64,000 nt of DNA. It comes from Rhodosorus marinus CCMP1338 (taxonomy: Eukaryota > Plantae > Rhodophyta). The DNA is taken from NCBI GenBank assembly GCA_029953675.1, contig JAMWBK010000004.1, forward strand, positions 1,984,001 through 2,048,000, in the 5' to 3' direction. The notes beneath the pieces are model-generated. The model saw only the letters and a program-made list of their open reading frames with translations. It was not told the DNA's origin and did no database searches. A program made the translations under genes and the position numbers. Every line of letters starts with the position of its first letter. Positions within the stretch are counted from its first letter, which is position 1. Of this stretch, positions 38,989 to 51,800 are shown one piece after another.

Positions 38989-40970
38989 TGGATCACAACC
39001 TCAGCTCAGAACTTTGCTATTCTCAAAAACCAAACGTCGATCCGCAACCAACCTTCCCATCTTCACCAGCCAGCACATTCAGATCGGCTAGCAATGTCCT
39101 GCCACAGCCTTCAAGAAGCCTACCCGCTAGAGACCACAATTTCTCTCTCGATGGAAAACTGATGATATTCATATCAATGTTTATGTTAGGGGGCTTCAGC
39201 CCCCTAACATAAAAGTCACATCAAGACTGCGTGCAATCTTAGTCGACCCCTCCATAATCGAATTTCACAACAATGATTTGAAAAACGTTACATTTTGTAG
39301 CCCATCAATAGCATGACAACTGTTGTTGGGGGGGCTGATGTTTTTCCCAAACTGCGACTGATTACTAATTACCCTCGATAGACAATACAGTTTCAGGCAT
39401 ATACCCTAAAATGGTTTACCAACGCTGAAAGAAACGAATATTTTTAGCGCTAGAATGCGGTATTTTTTCAATTGATTTTGATGAAAGAATAACAAAACAA
39501 TTGTAAACGAAAAACGGCGCTTCTGAAGATGTGGATATGTAATTGGTCTAAGGGGAATCTGACGAATCTTTAATAATGAAAATAAGATAGAAGTATCTGG
39601 AACGTCTAAGGTTTGTTTATGCTTGATTGGATGTTTAAGGAATACAGTGGAGTCCGCACTCCCGATGCCGTAATTGGTTGGTTGAATAGTATATTGTATA
39701 ATGGAATTATTATACTATATATTCTCTCAATCTCCAATTATAGACGATTATCTTCTCCAGAGATTCTAGAAAAGTTTGCAATAAAAATATATTCATAATT
39801 TAATCACTTCTGTCCAGTGGTTTATCGACAGACCAGCGGGAATTCGATTAGATTGAAATTTCTTCTACATTTCTATTTCGGTAGTTCCGGTGAGAGGTGG
39901 GAAAAGTTGCAGCTGTTCAGGAAGGTGCTACGAGCTTGTGGGAGAAGACGCCAAAACAAAACAAAATCCAAAAGCTTGAGACTTTACCTCTCGGAACTAA
40001 AAAAGGAATCAGACAGCCTCGAATTCAGGTTGTTGCGGGCAGGAGCTGATGTCCCGAATCAGACAATTTTCTACTACACCACATTAGCAAGGAAATGAAG
40101 CAAATCAGCCACTCGATTGTGACGACAGCTGTATGAATCGGTTACAGGTGCAGAATCCCTGTTCTCCGGTGGGGATGGAGTTTAGAGGGGGTAGTACTCA
40201 GGCAGACCCGCATGTTTTCGATCCGTCGGTAGCCTGTCCGAAACGTCAAGCAATGTTTTTTTCACCATCGGTATCGGAATCTAAGTGCTGGCGGAAGCAG
40301 TTTGCGAGACGAATCACCAAATGTTCCATATGCGGAATTGGTGCGGATTCGAACGCTTGGTGAAGGTCCTCCCAATGGGGGCCAAGGGGTTAGTTGAGTA
40401 GAGGCAGTTGGTGGCACGAGTGTCTTTGGCAGTGGACAGATTGTAAAGTTGCGCTGTTGCGGCTAGCTTTCACTAACCGACTCCTTTGGACCACAGTCCA
40501 CCTTATGTGCGCGGAGTCAATTCGAGCAGAGTTCAGCACCCTAGCAGATTTTTAACTTGAGAAAGCTGAATCAAATCGAGACGCCCTTTTCAAAACAAGA
40601 GTGACATTTGCGTCCTGGTAACATCAACCTTTGCGAAAATCTGTTCTACTCCTTGATTTGCGAAGCTCTCGCTAAGCAGGACCCCAAACCTCAACCCTAT
40701 TTAACGCGCATTCCGTGTAAGAATGACTTCAGCTATTTTTCTTGAGCTCAAACATTCACAATTTGTCTCGGGCGACGAACCCACCTCTTTAATAGATATT
40801 GGTTTCCTTTCCAAGTCCTTCCCGTCCAGCTTTGCTGTAGCTTGCTGTAGCTTGCTGGGTTGAGACTCTCGTGAAAACCGAGGAGATAGCAAAAGCCGTT
40901 CACGTTCGTATTGAGTGTCCTGTGGCACCAGGTTGCGGTATAGATAAGTGCAACCACTCTACGGCCTCCA

Positions 40971-41960
40971 TCAGGTGATTCCTGGTGGTTGATTGGCAGG
41001 TGTGCTTGTCTTTGGGGCTGCACTATTCTGGTTGATGTTATTCCCTCGACCGGAGCTGTCGGCCGGCGGTTCCTTAACCAAACGGTCGTCAGCTCGAACA
41101 GTCTCTTTCATAACGCGCCTGTTTCTCTCGAGAATACCATACAATAGTCTATCAACTGTTTGTCTCTCTACAATGGCCGCCTCACTCTCATCCTTGTCAT
41201 CACCCGCATCGGAGCCCGCTCCGTAGGATGGCTTCCAGGAATACCAGTCTCCTTGCTCAGAGGGAATCTGGACAAAAGGTAGTACGTCAGGCGGTCTACT
41301 CGGACCTACGTTACAAAGCGCAGCAAGCAACACGCAAGTATGACTTCCTACCTTCTCCTGCAACGCATCGAACGCGTTTCGCAGGTGGTACATGCTCTGG
41401 ACTATTCGTGTAGTAAGAACTGAATGCGCCTTGGGTGATTCATACGCGACGCCGTTCATAACGTAGTAGTATGCAAGAGTTGTCACAGTTAAGTTCTCCG
41501 CTCTCTCAAGTTTGGCGATAACGAACAGTAACGGCTCATTGGTAAGGTCGTGAACCACTTCATACAGAATTCCTGGAACCTATTTGTCAAAGTCAATGAC
41601 AAGCGGGCTAGGTGAGAAACCAAAAAGCCCCTAGAGAAGCTTAACAATGCGAGTATCCATTTGGCGATCCGGGCGTCCTAACCGGGCGTGCTAAGAACAA
41701 CCCAGACCCTTAGAGTCGAACGTATTTCATTTCAACTTCATTCAAACAAAACCCGACACAAAAAGTGGTGTACAAGAGACGCTCACATTCTCAAAAGCAG
41801 ATATTTCCAACCTCTGCATCTTGTACTGCTCATTCAGGCATAATCGATTGTAGAATGGGGACCTCGCAAAGTACTCTAACACCGTGTCCTTGTTCAAAGG
41901 AAAGTAAGACAACCAGACCTTGTCATTCCATGACAACGAAGTCAGCGATTCCTCACCCAT
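40971..41960 (-). CDS. MED6: Mediator subunit MED6, multi-exon
   Basis: LSWNDKVWL...LNKDTVLEYFARSPFYNRLCLNEQYKMQR / EPLLFVIAK...YYYVMNGVAYESP...RIVQSMYHLRNAF. Confidence 0.9.
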
Positions 41961-42323
41961 AGTTTCAATCCTTTCTCCCTAAAGTGCTTAATATTACCCT
42001 ATGTATAAAACAAAAAAACATACTGAAAGCAATACTCCCCTTAGGAACGATCCGAAAGCTCTTCCCACACCCCTCCCAGTCCATCCCCATCCCAGAGAGC
42101 AAGCACTCCCAAAACCCGCACCTCTAGTACAATTAGTACTGACCAAATTTATACCATACTTCATATTTTAGAGTTGTATAACATCCATTATATTCGATAT
42201 TTGATATTAATTCAAAAAACTTATCTAAATCATAGGCGTTATTCATAATTAAACCTATGTTAGCCACGTATACGAAAATTTTAGGAATCGTCCATGTTTT
42301 AAGTGATATTCTTAGTATTGGGG

Positions 42324-42756
42324 GAGCAACGAACGTTGTCATCATGACGCAGCTGATTACGAAAGCGTTCCAGGTTAGATCCATCTGTCGTATCACTTTA
42401 GGATCAGGTACGGGAGTTTTCACCGGCAGCATGAATCGCGGGGTACCCACTTGAAGACCTAGCAAATACTCGAAGACACCGAGCTGTCAGAGCGATCCGC
42501 GAGTGGTACAACGACGATAACTGTACGGGGAAACCATCCCTTGGCAACGCTGATCCCTGCTATTTGGTTAAGCCACGACAAGTTAAAATCAAAGTAGACG
42601 CTTCAGGCCAGGTCATAGCAGGTCTGTAAATGAGTAACCCGCGATTCATACCGGCGGGGAAAACTCCTGTACCTGATCCTAAAGTGGTACGATAGAATGA
42701 TCTAACCTGGAACGCTTTCGTAATCAGCTGCGTCACGATGATGACGTGCATTGCTC
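42324..42756. repeat. Imperfect inverted repeat: arms about 42324-42461 and 42618-42756, spacer about 155 bp
   Basis: TGACGCAGCTGATTACGAAAGCGTTCCAGGTTAGATC...TTTAGGATCAGGTAC.GGAGTTTT occurs on both strands. The ORF track shows TQLITKAFQVRS...TLGSGTGVF on + (42257) and on - (42560). Confidence 0.9.
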
Positions 42757-44122
42757 TCTCTTTCTGGTAAGACACTTGATCAAGGATCAATTTCTTACCA
42801 GTATCCTGAACTCCGCGGTCAACAGACCCAACTGACAACCTCGGTTGTATGAACTAGGGAGTTAATCATGATTAAGGTTTGCTGCTGTAATGTAGTCTGG
42901 GTGAAGAACTGCTTGGAATCACTTTTTGGGGATTTGGATTTGGCGGGAAACACTATGGCTAGTACATGAAAGGATGGATTACTATTCATACAATTGAAAC
43001 TAATCAGAAGTGTCCTGCAGTTCGTAGGATTCTCGGGATGCTTCGGCAGTGATTGGCTCTCATCCTCAATCAACTTGACACAAGCTTGATTGTCTATCAC
43101 TAGTCTTGCTTCCGGTGCCACAAATCGTAGCTCCGCTACTACCTGCAACCCCCCCCAATCCCATTTGCATGGTGCGGTCTGGTGCAGCCGTCAGTTCCCC
43201 CGCTTCCGCCGTTGATGTCGCTCTTGTTCTCTGTTCCCTTCTCCCACAACCTATGATACAATTATAGGGGCGGCTTCAAACAAAGGTATTGATTCGGGTG
43301 GAATCGCAATCACGTAAAGAGTCCGGAATGACAAGAACTAGCTGTGTTGGAAGCAGAGCAAGATCATAAATGTGGCATTGATGCCACATTGATGCCACAT
43401 TGAGTGGCGCTAATGAGGGGTTTTCTTTCGAAACTGCGGAAGATCGAACCAAAGCAAGTCAGCAAAGCCGACGAAACTCCGATCACCTGCACGATGTGAC
43501 GGTGCTTAGTACAAAGTTCGCCCTGATCTAGCTGGTGTTCGGGAGCTCTGCTCTAAAAGTTCTTGTATCTTGAAGAGTGTACCGCTTAGTAGTCCTAGTC
43601 ATGTTGCTTTCGGTTCCCGTTTTTCCGAGCGCGTTCATCGCCCGAGCATAACTTTCATTGATACTGACGATAAATGAGTTCTACAAATATCTACCAGCGG
43701 ACACCATCAACTTTACCTGCCGTCGAATCGCTTACTGTATAAAAGAGGCATCGACCAGCAGAGCCATCATAACTTAGCCTCCTAATTGTCGAAGGAAAGA
43801 GCGCCTCTCATTTAACTGCCTTCAAGTTCCAACGCAAAGCCCTGGAGGGCTCTCTCACGGGTTGGGAGAATCTCCGGAGGCTGTCGCCATCAATCAAAAC
43901 CCTGGGGCCATCCTCCCTCGTTGATTTCAGTCAACTACCCAGATGAAATGAGGCCGAAAACTCCACTTATCCTCTTCCAGTGAATGATGGTATCGATACG
44001 AGAGTCCGCGGACATCATCGCATGGGATTGACCAAATTCCATTACCCGTTCCGCCTTCTTCGCCTTCTTCGCCTAGTCACGCCACAACAAGTCGAACTTA
44101 CTTGTGGTTTCCAAGCGTTCTC

Positions 44123-45933
44123 TCAGACATCTGAGTTGGATGTTGTCGGTACTTGATCAGCAGCGGGCGGGTTGCTGTCCTTGTACGCATCCTGCACTAT
44201 CTCCCTCCTCAACTTTTGGTACTTCACGATATTGTACAAGACCACTCCAACTAGGCATATTGCAAAACCCAAAAAGTTCATCTTCGTTATCTCGTTGCGA
44301 AAGAAAAGCCAGGAGGCTAAGATAATGAAAGATGTTCTAGCAACTCCCGCAATAGTTAGTGAGATCGCTGAAGTATACCTGCGGTGGTTTCCAAGTCAAC
44401 AAGCAAAAGCGTTAGCTGGCGGTCAACAGGGTCAAGCGATCGGGACACAACGACTTACTTGACAGCGAGCAAGTTAAAAATGTCCAGGTTAATGGCTAGG
44501 CATCCGCCAAGGAGAATTATAAATAACGTCTTTGCCAAATACCCTGGATCGGATAATTGGTCAATATGTCCAACTCGAAGGTACAACGAAACCGCGGAAG
44601 GGATCAACAGCAGCATACCAGATATTGGTGTTTGTAGATATAGAATCTATTGGAAGTCCCAAAGTGTGAAACGTACGAATATCTGAGAAGATTGCAACGA
44701 TATCAAGAACTGAAACTGAACTAACCTGCACAGAAGACAAGCCTTTGAAAACTTGCTCCTTTGCACTCTGCGGCTTGTGCGCCTGTTCCTCCTCCCCGAT
44801 CCCCAATGACGGTCCGTCGGGATCATCAGTTGCCGCGATAGAATACGCTTCGTTCGTATCATTGCCATCATTCGGTACTGGAACACTTCCGTCAGCTGCT
44901 ACCAAATGATCGGAGAAAACGGCGAGGCTTTCAGTGTGGGTTGGCACGGTGAACAAAGGACGGACACGACGTATCCAGTCACAGACCAAGTGCTGCGTAC
45001 CTTCGTTACTCTGAGCACCCTGAATCAGGTACTGTGAGATTACAAGCTTTGTGGAACCCATGAAGACAGCGACCATAACAGTGATAAACCCGACAACCGA
45101 AAAATTCGCCTCCCCAACACTAGATATTGCTAATCCGATACATATTAGCAGGACAAGTCCCATCTGAAAGTAAGAAAAGGGTTCCAGGCCAGATAAGACA
45201 GACAGCAACATAACGACTGCGGGCATGGAGCTCTTGCACATTTCAACAAACGTCGCTTCCAGATATACGAACGCGACATTAGAAAGTCCAATATCCTAGC
45301 AAAGCACACACGTCGACGAAAGTTTTCAGCCGTACATAACTGGCTCGCTCCTCTGCTGGCTCAAATATCAATACATTTGACTTACCAGAGCGACCAAAAT
45401 TGCATACGGCACCAACTTGTACCAGTAGACTTGTTTGTCAACCTCAGGCTTCTCTATAACCCTGAAAACGTGCATGGCTATGCTCAGGCATCCGAAGATG
45501 AGTATCATGTGCGAACAAGTTACTACTAGAGGGAAAGGAAAACCCCTTTTTACGAGGAGAAAAATTACAATATCAGCAATTTGCAAACAGACAGAGAGGA
45601 GTCTTTAAAGAGCGGTTGCTGACCATCCTCGGCAGTTTTCAGGAGAATCATCGTCGCAGACCCTTGGCAGCGAAAAAACCGAATAGACTGGTCAAGTCAG
45701 CTCCAGCAAAAGCTCAATCCAAGAGAACTTGTTGGCAAATGTGTGATGTCTGTGCGACACGGTGAAACTCACTGAAATATCCATTTGTTATAAATTACGA
45801 GCGACCCAGAGAACGACCAACTCAGAAGTATGATAAACGCAATCAAGGCAACGCTCCGGAGCAGTTGACTGGAAATCCACCTCCTATTCACCGAACCACT
45901 GCCATTGGCAGTTTCCGAATTGTCCGAATCCAT
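44123..45933 (-). CDS. SLC35/TPT-family nucleotide-sugar transporter (SLC35C2-like), multi-exon
   Basis: SLVIYNKWIF, GFPFPLVVTCSHM, MCKSSMPAVVMLLSVLSGLE, LTLTISGVARTSFIILASW and GFAICLVGVVLYN. Confidence 0.85.
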
Positions 45934-46325
45934 TGTCCTTAACAGAAAAAGGAATCCAGGCGCTTCCCTCCCCACCTTCGCTCCTTAATGAAAGTAGTAT
46001 ACTTCTCAATCGCTTCACATCCTCTAAAGCTGCGGAGCCAGTCGCGAAGAACCTTCAAAAGAGGACCAAGCCTTTCTCCAAACCCCTCCCCACACAACGC
46101 TCCCCTCAGATCCCGCTCTTTTCCTGAGCTTTTATCCTCACAGGAGCCCCTAAACCCCCCGGCAAGGATGGATTTCAAAACTTAAGCTTTACCTGAACCA
46201 AAAGAATACGAACTATGTCCTTCTTTCTTCGCGGACATACGTCTTCAAAGTCCCCGAGCCCACGCAAACCGTCAAATCTTCTCTTGAGCTTCACGATCAG
46301 CTGGAAGCCCTGGACACGTTGACTG

Positions 46326-46689
46326 TCCCACTTTTGGATTTGGAATTTTGGATGAATTTTCTGAAGACGAAGGATTCGATGATAAAACAGTATGTGCCCA
46401 GCTTACGCGTCTGCTAGGACAATGAATCAGCTAGTTCAGTCTCTGGTTGTACACCTTCACGTCTTCTCAGAGAGCTAAGTTCTGGTGAAAGCCCTAGCAT
46501 CCCACTTTTGGGATCTGGAATTTTGGAAGAATTCCAGAAAGGGGGTTGGAATTTTGGAAGAATTTTCCGAACGCGAAGCATTCGGTGAGAAAAAGTTACG
46601 TGCCCAGCTTCTTCGTCTGCCAGGACAATGAATCGGTTCAGTCCCTGGTTATATACCTTCACGTCTTCTCACAGGGTGAAAGCCCTAGC
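46326..46689 (+). repeat. Tandem duplication, 174 bp period, with an internal ~27 bp duplication in unit 2
   Basis: TCCCACTTTTGG..GGAATTTTGGA...GTGCCCAGCTT...GGACAATGAATC...ACCTTCACGTCTTCTCA...GGTGAAAGCCCTAGC starting at 46326 and at 46500. Confidence 0.9.
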
Positions 46690-46830
46690 CGCTGCTGTAC
46701 ACATTGCAGGACAGCTCGAGGAACCTTTGATCGACACCGGTTCTATGTCGGCGAATCGCAACGACCTAGTGACACTGAGCTGGCTGCATACGCTGCCAGA
46801 TGCGCACTTTCCTGAACCTAAGCCATAACT
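46670..46830 (+). pseudogene. Possible degenerate retropepsin (retrotransposon protease) fragment
   Basis: VKALAAAVHIAGQLEEPLIDTGSMS fits the V.I.G....LIDTGS retropepsin active-site pattern. Short match only. Confidence 0.4.
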
Positions 46831-47877
46831 TCTACATGGGGCTCAGGATTTCTGGTGGACAACCGCCCGATGTTCTCCTACCACATCTGGTCTGCGTTCA
46901 GTGCGTAGGTGCTGTCTGGTGTTTATTCATCATTTGTTCAGAGGCCAGCTAGATGTCCTCCCGTGCTGCAGTTCACTATCATATGGCCGCTGAGTTCGAC
47001 GGCAGCCGCCAACTCATCCTACATCTGTCCGTGATCTTTTTTTAGAATTAGCTCTGCGAAATATATATTGTTTAAGAAAAAGAAAGAGGTTTCAAACTGA
47101 AAAATGAAGATAGTTCTAACTAGTTCGAATTAAGTACTTGATTTAGGATTGGATGGTCACTTAGGGAGATGACCGTTTCGAGCGTGCTGGAGAGCGCTCC
47201 GATGAAAACCTCTCTTTGAAACTACAGTGCAGAACCAGTTATGGATGTTGGTGATGGGATGCGAACCATAGTTTTTTAAGGACACAAAAAAACAAAAGAT
47301 CAGAGGCGATGCGCTTCCGCTGGGCTACAGTCCAGATCCGCAAGCCCAGCCACTTGGCCCTTTTCCAGTGCGAACAAACCGGAGATAAAGCCCAAGATCG
47401 AGTCTTAGATTGTTCACTTTACTTAAACCCGCGGTTTGAACTTCAAGTATTGAGGCAAACCTGATGATGTCTAGTCCATACTCTCCCCTCGAGAAGTTCG
47501 CCACCAGACTTTGCCCGGTCTTGAATTCCAACCCCTCTTCTCCTCTCACCTTGGCAAGGTAGAAAGTCCACCTCCATAAGCAGTATCTAAAAGTAATCAA
47601 AATATAAAACATCATTTTGTATGGCTGAAAATGGGTTTTCAATTGAAAGAATTAGATAAGAATTTTGGCTTAAGAAGAGAGGAGAGCCCGCATAGCTCTG
47701 AATTATGATTTTTGGTAGTAATTGACGTGATATCCTGTTCGCAGCAATGAGATGACGTGGATCGATGGACTGCGCAAGGGTTAGGGCGGGTTTGTTTGCA
47801 AGGTTGAGGGTTGATGCAGCTAGTGCTCTATCTGTTTTTGGTTGTGTTAGCTGGAATTTGAAGCAGGTTTAAGATCT

Positions 47878-50327
47878 TTGAGGAGAAAAATCATGACATC
47901 TTTCAGACCAGGATTACCATTTTCAGAGGAGGTTGAGGGGTGTGAAGTTGTACCTGGGGAGACTCGGCCTCGGAGGAGCATGTTTGGAAGAAAGCAGCTT
48001 GTCGAACATGTAGAAGAGACGACGAGGTTCAAGTGGAAAACAGATGCTAAGGGACCGTTTGAGGTCTTTACGCATGCTTGCGACTTGTATCCTGATTTGA
48101 ATGCTTTTGGGAGATTCGCTGGTGACGGCTTTGATTTTATGACTTTCAAGGATGCCAAAGTTCAAATTATAAAAATCGCTGATGGATGCAGGAAGTTGCT
48201 GGGCGTTGGAAAGGTACGTCGAAAACAACAGAGCTTTTGGGGTTTACGTTAGTCTGTTGCGGTTGCTAGTGACCTCATCCAACTACCCGCAAGGCTTCCT
48301 TGTGGTTGGATTTCTGACACTGTTTCTTGCCTGTCTCCTTTTCTCGCAGGGGCAATCCCTGGGCCTGTTCAGCAAGAACCGACTCGAATGGTCGTTAACG
48401 AATTTCGCTGTCAATGGCATTGGAGGAGTCTCTGTTCCTATCTATGATACTGCGGAACCGAGTACGATTTCATTTATTATCAATCATTCTGCCATTTCTG
48501 CCATCCTCCTCACTTCGAACTTGGCGGACCGACTCCTCGCCATACAGGAAGTTTGCCCGAGCATGAAGAAGCTTGTTGTAATGGATGACGACGATCCTGC
48601 CGCGGTCAGCTCGGTAAAGAAAAAGTTTCCAGATCTTCAGGTTTTCGCTTTCCAAGAGCTGGTGGATGCGGGCAGCCCATCTGCTGAATTTGAACCAACA
48701 TCCAGGGAGGCTATGGGCCAGATCATGTATACTAGCGGCACTACGGGAGAACCTAAAGGGGTCATCCTAACGAACCGGAATTTTGTTGCGGAAATTGCTA
48801 CACTGCGAATCACGGAAGACTTCTTTGATCTTAGCATGGAGCCTGGGGATGGATGTATTAGCTACCTCCCAAACGCACATATCTTTGCGCAAGCGCTAGA
48901 GATTACCCTCAGTTCTTTGGGAATGTGTATATACTTCACATCGGTGAGTCACGGTGCTTACCATGATTGGTCTGCATATGGTCTGTGCTAGCCAGCTCAC
49001 GGTGTTTCTTTGTCAATGTTTATCAGGGCAACGTCAAGAATTTTCTGAAAGAGATGCAAGCGATCAACCCACACTGTCTACCGTCAGTCCCGAGGATTCT
49101 AACTCGGTTCGAGGACACTGTCAAGTCGAAGGTTGCTGCTAGCTCTCGAACAAAGCGTCTTCTGTTCCATGCTGCCTTTCGAATCCAGTCATTCTGTTTC
49201 TTCCGGCTTCACTTCCGGATTCCTTTGTTGGATTCTCTGGTATTCAACAAAATTCGCGATGCGCTTTTCTCCAACATGAAGCTGATGTTCTGTGGTAGCG
49301 CTCCCCTTTCGAGAAAGACGCAGAGCTTTCTCAACATCGTCTTCAACTGTCCTGTAATTCAAGGTAGGCACGGGTCCTCTTTTACGAACCGCGTCAAAAG
49401 TCATGCTTGCCTCCTTAACTGGAAACGGACCTTTTGCACCTATTCTGTTGGACTGCTTCTAGGATTTGGTATGACCGAGACTTGTGCTGCAGTCGCAGCA
49501 ACTCATCCAGTTTATGGACTCCCAGGAAGCATAGGTGGTCCGTTGCCGAACACTCTGTTCAAGCTCAAGGACTGCGTGGAATGTGGCTACGCAGTGGCGG
49601 ACTTACCAAACCCCAGAGGCGAGCTCTTGATGAAGGGGAGCACGATTAGTCCTGGCTACTACAAGAACGACGAGGCGACCAAGAAGGAGTTCACAGAGGA
49701 CGGGTGGTTCTCCTCAGGGGACATTGCGCAGTTGAACGCCGATGGATCCTTGAGCATTATCGACAGGAAGAAGAACATCTTCAAGCTGGCGCAGGCCGAA
49801 TACGTCGCTGTCGAGCAGGTAGAGTCTGTATTTGGAAGGTGCTCGTACCTTGCCCAGATCTGGGTGTACGGCGACTCGTCAAAAGCCGCCCTCGTCGCTG
49901 TTGGAGTTCCGAGCAAGATTGAGACTTTTGAATGGGCTTCGGAGATGAACATCGGTGGAGACCTCGACGATATTTGCAAAACCCCTGAGTACACCGAGAG
50001 AGTTTTGAAGGATCTCGAAAGTTTGCGAGCCGAGCACAACGTAAGTACAAGGACATCAAACTGATTGCCGGATTATCGCACAATCACTCATGACCTTCTT
50101 CGTTTTCTGACTCTTGTTCTGGCACTCCTCACTGTGTACGAACCCTATAGTTGAAGGGGTACGAGCGGATTAAGAAGATCCACTTTGAGACTGATGTCGA
50201 CGAACTGGGCCAAGGTTTCACGACTGAGACTGGCCTGGCCACCCCGTCCATGAAGCTAAAGAGACCTCAACTGAAGAGGAAATATCAGAAACAGATTGAC
50301 GTCATGTACGCAGAGCTGGGACAATAA
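47878..50327 (+). CDS. LACS: Long-chain acyl-CoA synthetase (LACS), multi-exon
   Basis: IMYTSGTTGEPKGV AMP-binding motif, SYLPNAHIF, GFGMTET, RGELLMKG, EDGWFSSGDI, IIDRKKNIFKLAQAEYVA and TPSMKLKRPQL. The start may instead be Met 47893. Confidence 0.95.
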
Positions 50328-51299
50328 GGAGCCCCTTGCTCAATATTTCCTCACTGTATTTGTGCTCTGTGTGTTTCAAGCACTGTATGAGGGTAGGAAG
50401 CAGTGTCCAAACCCCATCCGATCCCGAACTTTCAAACGTGCAACGAGACTGAACACGAAACTGCTAATCCTTCCGTACTCACTAAAAGCTCAATGAATTT
50501 TTACTCCAAAACCATCCCCAACCGAAAAGCCCTTCAGATTTCCCAGCGAATTGGGATTCAAAAATCAGTAACGACTGCTAGAAAAAAAATGAAAATCCAA
50601 TTTTGCTTCCCTGAGCCTGTCAACCGTGCAGCCATTCGCAATATATCCAAACCCTCCTGGAACGTTCATTCGCCTCGTAGAAATACCTTTTTCAATAACT
50701 CCATGCTCGTTCAATGCTCCTTCTGACATCCTTTTCCCCTAAAAAGACCAAAAAATAAAGATAATTTTGCCCAACCAACATGAAGAAAAATATAATTTAT
50801 TAATTAAAAACCCAAACCGACAGTCTGTCATTTAATGATTTTGTCTGCTGGAACAACCCTGATAGGGACCCGACAGTGTCCAAGTCCGCACCCCCGAAGC
50901 TACAGGAGTTAAAAGAGGAGCAGCAGTAGGAGACGCCAACACTGTTGCTGACAAAGGCGTTCGGATTCCCTTCAGTGGAAACCTTATGGTTACGGGATTC
51001 TTGAATGGGAAGAAGCAAGCCCTCCTGATCGATACCGGAAGTAGCCATTCCGTTCTGCGAGGCATACCAGACGCCACTCCAATAATCCCAACTCAACACG
51101 GGAGTTTGGACACCGCTTCCCCAGGCGCATCAATAGAGATTCTGGGGGAAGTGAACGTAATCTTACAGCTAGGTGATCACAACTTCAACTGGCAACCCTA
51201 TATTGTGGAAGAAGCCACTAGCCCGGGGTACTTAGGGAGAGATTTCAAAAATACAACGCGCAGCTGAATCTACAAAACCAGACCCTGACACTGAAACCT

Positions 51300-51423
51300 A
51301 AAGACCCTGAAGAACCTGAAGACCCTGAAAAACCTAAAAACCCTGAAAAACCTGAAAAACCTGAAAACCCTGAAAAACCTGAAAACCCTGAAGAACCTGA
51401 AAAAGAACCTGGAGAACCTGAAA
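51300..51423 (+). repeat. 9-bp minisatellite (CCTGAARAA-like) encoding PE(K/N/E) repeats in the hairpin loop
   Basis: KPKDPEEPEDPEKPKNPEKPEKPENPEKPENPEEPEKEPGEPE on the + strand. Confidence 0.9.
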
Positions 51424-51800
51424 TCTCTCCCTAAGTACCCCGGGCTAGTGGCTTCTTCCACAATATAGGGTTGCCAGTTGAAGTTGTGATCACCTAGCTG
51501 TAAGATTACGTTCACTTCCCCCAGAATCTCTATTGATGCGCCTGGGGAAGCGGTGTCCAAACTCCCGTGTTGAGTTGGGATTATTGGAGTGGCGTCTGGT
51601 ATGCCTCGCAGAACGGAATGGCTACTTCCGGTATCGATCAGGAGGGCTTGCTTCTTCCCATTCAAGAATCCCGTAACCATAAGGTTTCCACTGAAGGGAA
51701 TCCGAACGCCTTTGTCAGCAACAGTGTTGGCGTCTCCTACTGCTGCTCCTCTTTTAACTCCTGTAGCTTCGGGGGTGCGGACTTGGACACTGTCGGGTCC
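51420..51800 (-). pseudogene. Retrotransposon aspartic protease (pol 5' end), in the -1 frame relative to gag, cut at the fold-back junction
   Basis: Frame open from 51800 and overlapping the gag stop at 51737. LMVTGFLNGKKQALLIDTGSSHS...GEVNVILQLG...YLGRDF. Confidence 0.88.

Noticed and set aside
43370-43405. Small palindrome plus 12-bp duplication (ATGTGGCATTGATGCCACAT)
   Set aside because: Isolated, and explicable by local slippage.
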